From: the human T2T-CHM13v2.0 reference genome, Homo sapiens
DNA length: 64,000 nt
Reading direction: 5' to 3' (one strand)
Assembly: GCF_009914755.1 (NCBI RefSeq)
Contig: NC_060937.1
The notes under the pieces: model-generated
Databases searched by the model: none
Seen by the model: the letters and a program-made list of their open reading frames with translations, nothing else
What the model was told of the DNA's origin: nothing
Position numbers and translations under genes: made by a program
Shown: one piece after another, positions 54,836-64,000 of the stretch
Position numbering within the stretch: position 1 is the stretch's first letter
How the letters are laid out: each line of letters begins with the position of its first letter

Positions 54836-56271
54836 AGACTTCTGCTTCCACTAAGCATAACTAAAAAACCTGGACATTAAGAAAAATAAACGTAAGAAGA
54901 TGATGAAAGAATATGGTAGATCAGCTAGGGACTTCAGTACTCAAGGAATAAAATGACTGTGAGTTTTTTGGGTTTACCTCTTGTCTTATATATTCCAGAC
55001 TTGGAGCTGAAGAAGCCAGCAATCTGAAAAAGCCAACAGGTACAGACAAAAATAGTCCTAACACAAGCCTGCTCCCTCTAGCAAAAGGACCAGGAAAGGG
55101 GTAGCCTAACGAAACAGAAAACGTTTAGACGATAACTACTCTACTTCAGTCAAATATCTTGGGAAAAACTAGCCTTACTACCAACACTGCCAGCAAAAGC
55201 CGAGTGGGGAGCTTAGATTCCTAGCGTAGTGAAGCTGTACCAAGGCACTCCAGTATACCTGTTGCTGAGCAAGGGAAAGGTCTTTCATCCCTGGATGGCA
55301 GTAACTTTCCAGGATATCCTTTTGTCAGTTGATACCACATGGAGGGAAGCCTGGACTTCCATTCTCTTACTCTGCTGTAAAAGGTACCACCCTCCATATT
55401 TGGCTGTGGCGATGCCAGAAATATGAGGCTTTCACCATCACCAAGAGATAATAAGGTACTCCCCCAAACCTCTACATCCAACCAGTAATAAGATCATCTT
55501 TGAGTACTAGGGGATGCTGGGTGGAGGAACTGAACCCCTATCACTACTAGGCAGTTACCAAGGTTGTTCCACCTTCCCTTGTATCCTTGAGGAATAAAGG
55601 AAAAGTTAAGATATGCTCAGATGAAAAGAAATGAAGAAAAACTTATCACCAACATATCTACTCTAAAAGATTAGTTAATGGAACTCCTCTAAACAAAAAG
55701 GACACCATAAAGATTCTTTGAACATTGGAAAGAAAGAACAACAGAAATAGTAAAAATATGGGTAAATACAGTATAATTTTTCTCTTCCTGAATTTTCTAA
55801 ATAATTTTTGATGTTTGAAGCAAAAAAAATATATAATATAGTCTGACTTGGTTCTAAATGCCCCCCCTCCAAAAAAACTAGACAAAAACATACACTCAAA
55901 AACACTTTTGATAACTCAAAATGGCATTCTACAATATCTTCAAGAAACACACAGGAAAGTAGAGAAAGGAAAACAGGGAGATGACAACAACAACAACAAC
56001 AACAAAACAAGAAAACAAACAGAAGACAAAAAATAAAATGGAAGACTTAAGCCCTATATCAAAAAGTATATTATATAAATAGTTTATACATATATTAAAA
56101 TATAGTGATTGGGAGAATGGATTTTTAAAAGCCCCAAACTCTATGTTGTCTGCAAGAAACTCACCTCAAATATAAAGGTACATTGAAAAGGAAAAAGATA
56201 TAGCATGCAAACATTAGTCAAAACAAGCAGGAGTGGTAGTACTGATATTAGATAAATTTGACTTCATAGCC
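54836..56271 (+). mobile_element. Old L1M (MC/MD-type): 5'UTR, ORF1 end and ORF2 start, with internal deletions
   Basis: 5'UTR is homologous to 43060-43527. EN-start text TGTTGTCTGCAAGAAACTCAC (CCLQETH) is present. Confidence 0.7.
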
Positions 56272-57671
56272 TAGTCATGTTGTACAATTATTTTTATATG
56301 TCATTGGATTTAGATTGCTAGTATTTTGTTGAGGATTTTTGTGTACATATTCATAAGATATATTGGTTTGTAGTTTTCTCTTACTGTGATGTGTTGTCTG
56401 GTTTTGGTAACAGAGTAATACTGATCTCATAAAATAAATTAAGGTGTTTTTTCCTCTTCTGTTTTTAGGAAAAGTTTGAGAAAATTTGGTGTTAATTATT
56501 TCAAATGCTTGGTAGAATTTATTCATGAAGATCTCTGAATTAGGCTTTTCTTAGTGAGTTTTTTAAATTACTATTTTAATCTCTTCACTTGTTACAGCTC
56601 TATTCAGAGTATTTATTTCTTTTTAAGGCAGTCAGTAGTTTGTGCCTGTAGGATTTTGTCCATTTCATCTAAGTTATATAATTTGGTGTTTTATAGAGTT
56701 GCTCAAGAATCGTTTTCTTGCTTATCTTCTCTCTATTGTTCTACTATTGACAATGCAGCATTAAAATCTCCAACTACTATTGTGGAATTGCCAATTTCTC
56801 CCCTATATTAGTTTTATTTCATGTATTATATGCTTTGCTTTTAGGCACATATATGTGTATAATTGTTATATCTTTCTGATAGATTGACTCTTTCATAATC
56901 ATAAAATATCCCTCATTATCTCTAGGAACATTTTTTGTTTTAAAGTCCATTTTGTATAAATTAGTACAGACACTCCCATTTTTTGTAGTTGCTTTTTACA
57001 TACTGTATTATTATTCTATACTTTTGCTTTCATTCAATTTATATTTTTTCTATCTAAAGTATGTTCCCTGTATAAGGCATATAGTTGGATTATTTTTTTT
57101 CCTAAACCACTTAGGAAGTTTCTGCCTTTTGGCTGGGACTGTTAACCTTTTCACATTTAATGTTATTACTGATATATTTGGATTTACACCTGCCATTTTA
57201 CCTTTCTGTTCCCTATATTTTTCATGTCTTTTTTCTTCCTCTGTTACCCATCTTATTCTTTTTAATTCATTAAGTCTATATTCCCTAATATACCATTTTA
57301 ATTTTATAATGATGTTTTAACTATAAATTTTGAGTTACTCTACATTTTATGCATGTATATTTATAAATGTATACACTTTAGCTTATTAAAATTAGCTTCA
57401 GATTTATATTAGTTTATATCCCATGATATATAGAAGCATTACTCCTATATAGCTCTGTTCCCCTCCCCACAGTTTTTGTGACATGCTATATATATTATAT
57501 ATATAAATGTTATAAATTCAGTAATAAATTATTATAATTATTACTTACCACCTACAGTCATTTCCTTAGCCCAATACACCCTTTCACATCTATTGTGCTG
57601 TTCGGGGCAAATATTATGCATATGTTACATTTTCACATGTTGTGGACTCAGTAATACCTCATATACATATA

Positions 57672-57948
57672 TTATTTTTGAGATGGAATCTTTCTCTGTC
57701 ACCCAGGCTGAGTGCAGTGGCATGATTTTGGCTTATTGCAATCTTCGCCTTCTGGGTTCAACCAATTCTTCCACCTTAGCCTCCTGAGTAAGTGTGTGCC
57801 ACAACATCTAGCTAACTTTTGTATTTTTAGTAGAGACTGTGTTTCACCATGTTGGTCACGCTGGTCTCAAACTCTTGACCTCTAGTGATCCACCTGCCTT
57901 GGCCTCCCAAAGTGCTGGGATTACAGGCGTGAGCCACTGCACCTCACC
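57672..57948 (-). mobile_element. AluS with short tail and small internal deletion
   Basis: TTTTTGAGATGG...TTTTGTATTTTTAGTAGAGAC...CTCCCAAAGTGCTGGGATTACAGGCGTGAGCCACTGC. Confidence 0.92.
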
Positions 57949-58341
57949 TACAATTGCTTCTTAAAATCTGTTATGAAGAGAGGAAAAATGTACATTTCTA
58001 CTCTCTTTTATAATTACATAATTACCTTTTCCAGTATTCTTTATTTTTTCATTTGGATTCAGATTACCATCTGGGACCAGGGCCAGATACTTTCAGCCTA
58101 TAGAATTTCCTTTAGTATTTCTCATAAGGTAGATCTTCTAGCAACCAATTCTCTCAGTTTTTGTTTATTTGGAAAAGCCTTTTTTCTGTCTGCATTTTTA
58201 AAAGAAAGCTTTGCTGGATATAGGATTCTTCATGGAAAGTTTCTTTATTTGAGCACTTTTGATATGTTATCCTCCTGCCTTCTGGCCTTCATTGTTTCTT
58301 CTGAGAAGCTAGATGTTAATCTTACTGAGATTCCCTTGTAA

Positions 58342-58900
58342 TGTTACAGACTTGCCAATGCACCACAATGTAGCAGTCTTTTATTGTGTGATATCACCAG
58401 GAGTTCTTTGTCTCACAACCAAGAGTATTAAGGAGCATGAACACAAAGGGTGAGGCTGGAGCAAAAATTTAATAAGTGAAAGAAAAAAGCTCCCTGTGGT
58501 GAAGAGGGGGCCCTGAAAGAGGGTTGCTGCTTTACAGTTGAATGCAAAGCTTTTACAGGAAATGGATGAAGCCTGGGCATCTCATTTGCATAAGGTGCAA
58601 ATTTCTTATAGCTCCACTCCATCCTCCTAATGAATATGTGGGCCCTTAGCTTGAGCTACTCCATGTTGCCTTGTTCCTCTTAATGTGCATGTGTCAGGGG
58701 ACGGAATTTTCCATAGTGGGCATGTCTGGGCAAATCACTTGTGTAGCCTTTTTTATATTGTGGCTGTGGGCATATCCTAGGCAAACCCCCCTGTGCAAGT
58801 TACCTTATCTGTGCCTGTTGGCTATTCTTTGGTTTGAAAGAATTCTTCCAAGGATCCACCCTAACTGCCTGCCTGACTCGTTTCTTCCTTTCCCCTCTCA
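58342..58900 (-). mobile_element. ERV1 solo LTR, MER61 family
   Basis: TGTT...CTCA termini with a perfect 4-bp TSD GTAA. Octamer ATTTGCAT (58584-91) and p53-like GGGCATGTCTGGGCAA are typical of MER61. Subfamily from memory. Confidence 0.78.
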
Positions 58901-61900
58901 GTAAGGTATGAGTCATTTTTCTCTTGCTTCATTCAAGAATTTCTCATCTTTGATAATCAAAATTTTGACTACTATTTTTCTGATTGTAGATCTCTCATAT
59001 TTATCACACTTGTAGTTTATGGTGTTCTGGATGCTTACTCTTTTTTTTTTTTATAAATACAGGAGTGTTTCAGTCATTATTTCTCGAAATATTTTTCCTA
59101 CTTCTTTCTTTCTTACTATTATGTGTATGTTGGTGTTCCGTAGTTATCTGAGACTGTGTTCCTTTTTCATCATTCATTTTTCTCTCTGTCCTTCAGCTTG
59201 CAAAATCTCTGTGTGCCTACCTTCAAGTTGTTAATTCTTTCTTCTGTTAGTTCACATCTACTGTTGATCTCAATCTAGTAGTAATTTTTAAATTTATTAT
59301 ATTTTTTAACTTCAGAATTTTCATTTGGTTCTTTTTGATCATGTTTATTCCTTTATTGATATTCTCTATTTGATGTGGCATTGTCATCATCATTTCTTTT
59401 TATTCTTTAATTATGCTTTCCTTTAGGTCTGTAAACATATTTATATTGGCAATTTTTATGTCCTTTTCTGTTAAATCTGATATCTGGTCATGTTCACAGG
59501 CAATTTCTGTTGCCTGATTTTTAATATTTTTTCTTCTTCTGGCATACAGGTTATATTTTCATTTTGCTTTATGCCTCATAATTTTCTAAGACTTCTTAGA
59601 CAATATATTTGTAGCAACTATGGTTACTTCTCCCTCTCTTACAGGAATTGTTACTGTCATTTGCTTGTTTATTTATTTAGTGACAGCTGGATCATTTTAG
59701 TAAAGTATCTTCCCACCCCCTCCCCAACCACTGCCCAACATACACACAGTGTTTGGCCACTGATGTTGTTGCTTAGGTAGACACTATTCTTAGTGGGTCA
59801 ACAGTTTCTATGGGAAGACAATAGCATTGGTAAGGCTCTCTTATTCTCTTTTCATAGCTACATTCAGCTTTTTAACTCCACTAATTGCTTGCTGATTGCT
59901 GTATTATTTTCAACAATTCCATGAAGCCTGAGTAGCTCTACAAACAAATCCTATCAAATTGTGGCTACTTTGAAGGAACTGTTTCTAAGGTCAGTGTTTG
60001 ATATTTGTTGTGACCCCAGAAGGGCTCCTTTGCAAATAGTCCACTTATAGTCTAAGATATATCTTCTTTAAATCCACCAATCTCCTTCCTTTTGTCTTTC
60101 ACTATAACCTCCACTGTTTCTTTTTTGTATGTGTGTTCCTAGGTTTAAACTTCATGCTCTACTGCAAATAAAGTAATTTCCTTGGGGAAGAGATTCAGAG
60201 GTATCCATTTTAGGACCTTCTTCTTTCCCAAAGCAAAAATCTATGAGCTGGCTCTGGGGCTGGTGGGGAAGACAATAGCAAGTGTTGTCTGAGTGATACC
60301 CCTATTCAAAGGGTTCAGCACTCAATGTTGAGAGAGGCAGCACCCGGAGGTCTCTGAGTTGCCTCCTTTAGTGTGGAACTTCCACATGCCAAACTGAGAC
60401 AATGTTAATTCAGATCCCAGTGTTCTGAAGGTGTATGACACCAGACAGAGCCTCCATTTCACAAACGGGAGCTGGATGGAAGAAGACAGCCCTCAACTTT
60501 TGACTTCATTAGCTGGAGCAACAAGTAGTTGAAGGCAGGATGAGAAATGTGAAAGTCCTATTCCTCTTGAGATGATAGCCAGAGGCAGATATTTCACAGC
60601 ACTGAAAGCTGGAGGGGCTAGTGAGTCCTGTGTTCTTGGTTGCTTCAGTCACACTGAACTGGAAAGGAAAGGGCAGGAGTGGTCTTTGTTCAAATACCAC
60701 AGACTTTTGCCTTTTTGAAATACTTTTCATAGATTTTCTCCAATGGAGTTTCTTTTTCTTTCTTTCTTTTGTTTTTTTTTTTTTTGGATTTGCAGTTTGC
60801 CCTTAAGTCCATTTCAAGAGCTTTAAAACGGTTGTTTTTCCAATTGATTTTCACCAGTTTCACTGGGAAGCAGGTCAGGGAAGTTCCTCACACTGTCACG
60901 CTGTAAACTGATTATCAATGTATTATTTTTTACAACTGTATGTGAACCTACAAGTATCACAAAATAAAATGTTTATCTTAAAATCATGGAATAACAACAC
61001 AAGGAGTTATATAGAATTATTATTCAGTCCATTTATCATTTCCAGGATAGCTTCAAGTAGACTAGCAAGCTAATTTTTCTCTTTTGAATCTCAACAGAGA
61101 GAAAAATCTCTTTTCACTTTCTGTAATCCATTAATATACTTCACATAGCAAATCACTTTTGATAATGTGAATAGAGTTTGTATAATAAAGTGTATTGATG
61201 ATAGGTTAAAGGAGAAAGTTAAGGAATCTAGACTGAACACCCAGCATCTAATGTCTTCATCCATTGTTCTTTAAATGAATTATTGACTGTTCAACCAAAT
61301 AAATGAATAAGTCAGGTCAGTATTGATGGTGTTACACTCTCTTTTTCTTCACTACCATCATCCTAGTCCTCCTAAATTCCTTACCACCACCATCATTTAA
61401 AACTCATTTAAGAGTTCATGAGCTTGTCATGTGTCATGGTCATTCAGAGACACTACTGAAAATGTTGCCGTGGTTTGTTTTATAAACTTGCTATATAAAA
61501 AAGGAATAATAGGAGTGATATTTTGTAAATTTGTATCCAATGCTGTGGCCATCTGTTTTCCAGAAATTCTTATATCATTACCTTTCCCCCCGAGTCTGGT
61601 TTGAGAGAATGGGTTCTAAGAAGGTTAAGAAAAAGTGCAGAGACAGTTCAGGCACCCTGAGTGCAGTTCCAGGGGTCACTGGAGCAAGGAGGAGCCTGAT
61701 GAGGATAAGCACAGGGGAATTTTGGACTTGATAACTGTTGTATAATCAAAATGTAAAAGCCTCTGCCATGCCTCTAGTTCTTTCACTTTTATGTTTTTTT
61801 TCTTTTGAACTGAGACTAATTTGCTTTTGAAAGAGAACATTAGCAGGATTAAAACATTACCCCCCACACAACCTGTGGTTGGTGGGGGAAGAAAGCAAAC

Positions 61901-62386
61901 AATGAGAAGGGATCAATCCATTTCTAATGCAAGAAACAGTGCTGGTTTGAAAATGCAGACCACCGACACTGAATAATTTCATCTCACTATAAATAGCACA
62001 TTAGCTGAGAAGGAAAATCACCCAGGCAATGACTGAAAAATATCTGCAGAATGCTTGCTTTACCTCTTTTTTTTTGGACATATATTCTTTGACAGCAGTA
62101 ACTGGTGAATTAAATGAATTTCTGACTGCATAGACATCTGTCACCAATTAAAGAGATGTCTTGGTTATCTCCTTTGTTCAGTGCAGAAAATCAACGTGGA
62201 AAATGTGAGTAAAACATTTTTGTCCTAGGACATAAATGAACTCCATTGGTTATGAACATCGAATCAACTAATTTGTCCTCAAGTCTGCATTTTATTCTCC
62301 ATAGACAAAGCATAAGTGAATAGACACAATTTAAACAGAATACGAATACTTCTCTTATACAGAGAAAATTTTATTAACGATATTGC

Positions 62387-62883
62387 TGTCAGAGGCATGT
62401 GAACCAGAACAACTCCACCTTGAGTAGGAGCTGGGTAAAATCAGGCTGAAACCTACTGGGCTGCATTCCCAGGTAGTTAAGATACTCTAAGTCACAGGAT
62501 GAGATAGGAGGTCGGCACAAAATACAAGTCATAAAAACCTTGCTGATAAAACAGGTTGCAGTAAAGAAGCCAGCTAAAATCCACCAAAGCCAAGACAGCC
62601 ACGAAAGTGACCTCTGGTTGTCCTCACTGCTACACTCCCCACCAGTGCCATGACACTTTACAAATGCCATGGCAACATCAGAAAGTTACCCTATATGATC
62701 CACCTTTGTTTAGCATATCATCAAGAAATAACCATAAAAATGGGGAACCAGCAGCCCTTGGGGCTGCTCTGTCTATGGAGTAGCCATTCTTTTATTCCTT
62801 TGCTTTCCTGATAAACTTGCTTTCACTTTACTTTATGGACTCGCCCTGAATTCTTTCTTGAGGGAGATCCCTTTTCTGTAGCG
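62387..62883 (+). mobile_element. MER41A solo LTR (ERV1) with two small deletions
   Basis: Starts TGTCAGAGGCATGTGAACCAG, contains TGCCATGGCAAC and GCAGCCCTTGGGGCTGC, and has 4-bp TSD TTGC. Confidence 0.88.
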
Positions 62884-63189
62884 TTGCCCTTCTAAAAATT
62901 GACCAAGAAGTAGAAAGTAAGAAAAAAAAAAAGGAATGTTTAAATTTATGCACAAGGAGGTCCTCAGGTTTTCATTCACAGCTGAAGGAGCTATAGATTC
63001 ATTATAAAAATTTAACGTGATGTTCAATTTCATAGTTGCTTAGGAGTAATTATAAACTACACAAAGGAGGCTAGAGGGATACTGGTGCAGAGATACTGAG
63101 AGCGGCAGTGACAGCCAACATGCGAGGCTCTCATCCATGATAACGTTTTGACTCCTCAATCTAATTATTAGTTAAATATGTGTTCTTCC

Positions 63190-63300
63190 TCTAAGTTTTC
63201 AAGCTCACCAGGCAGGGATTCAATCTTATTTATTGCTGAATCCACAGTTTTAAAAACACTGGGCTAAAATATATTAGCTACAACAAATAAATGAAAAATG
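63190..63300 (+). mobile_element. L2 3'-end fragment
   Basis: AAGCTCACCAGGCAGGGA...TCTTATTTATTGCTGAATCCACAG. Confidence 0.55.
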
Positions 63301-63843
63301 TTTTAAGATTTTTCCAATGAAGAAAATAATATTTGGAAGGTAAAGCCACAGGCTGTCATCTCTCCCTTGGTTTTGTATAATCAGAGCATCAGGGAAAGAC
63401 ATGCTGGAGTCCAAGTGGGACAGGGGGTGCCAGCTGTGTGGTTTGGAGCCAGGTTACAGTCCCGGTGTTGTAGTCCTTACAGCTGTTTGCGAATATTCTG
63501 CAGCTTCTCCAGCCTGGCACATGGGAGACGTATGCTCTTTCACTTCCTTTTAAAATATAATTTGATTTTGCTGAAGAAATGTGAACAGAGGTGCGGTGCT
63601 TCACATTTGAGAGACTGTGCATGATTACTCACATTTCCTGCCGTGGTCATCCTGGAAGCTTGGCTCAAGGTGGATCCTCCATCTGCCTAGGTCCCTGAGT
63701 GACTAGGAAGAGGAGAATGTCCCACCCCATGTACACTAAAATTAAAACTTTGTAAAGTTTTTGCCTGCTTTCTGTTCTACGATTGAAAACAATCATTTTC
63801 TCTACTTTTTTTTTTTCCAAAATAAGAAGTGAATTGGGAAGGC

Positions 63844-64000
63844 AGTGCAGTTTTGTCCCATGGATATATTGCATAGTGGTGAGGTCGGGGCTTTTAGTGT
63901 ACCCATCACCTGAATAATGTACATTGTAATTTCTCCTCCCTCACTCCCTTCCACCCTCCCACCCTTCCAAGTCTCCAATGTCTATTATTCCACACTCGAT
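63844..64000 (-). mobile_element. L1PB-type (L1PB4-like) 3'UTR; runs off the window end
   Basis: CATGGATATATTGCATAGTGGTGAGG...GGCTTTTAGTGTACCCATCACC...TGTCTATTATTCC. Confidence 0.8.

Larger units (their letters stand above)
56272..60910 (-). mobile_element. Old L1M, antisense 5' half (ORF2 N-terminal part, ORF1, 5'UTR), interrupted by an Alu and MER61
   Basis: T-rich antisense ORF2/ORF1 text (ATTGCTAGTATTTTGTTGAGGATTTTT, AAATCTCCAACTACTATTGTGGAATTG, TTTGCTGGATATAGGATTCTT). Confidence 0.75.

Overview
This is human/primate non-coding genomic DNA, AT-rich and repeat-dense. No credible protein-coding ORF is present: the longer ORFs are LINE-1 remnants, Alu/LTR read-through or GC-rich CpG-island artefacts. 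The only gene feature is a CpG island (~12.47-14.11 kb) holding a minus-strand non-coding first exon (13073-~13276, donor CAG|GTAAAG). I recognise this exon from memory, without a database search, as the 5'UTR exon 1 of TRPC4. On that reading, bases 1-13072 are intron 1 and ~13.3-64 kb is upstream intergenic sequence. The upstream region holds L1, L2, MIR, Alu, DNA-transposon relics and many solo LTRs (LTR6, MER67-like, THE1B, MLT1/MST, MER61, MER41A). Repeat subfamily names come from recalled consensus sequences and most boundaries are approximate. I found no new multi-gene biological system. The most unusual items are a 388-bp non-repeat insertion with a 10-bp target duplication inside a primate L1, a perfect 75-bp tandem duplication, an intact LTR6 solo LTR ~6 kb upstream of the promoter, and an exon-1 uORF that runs across the splice donor.
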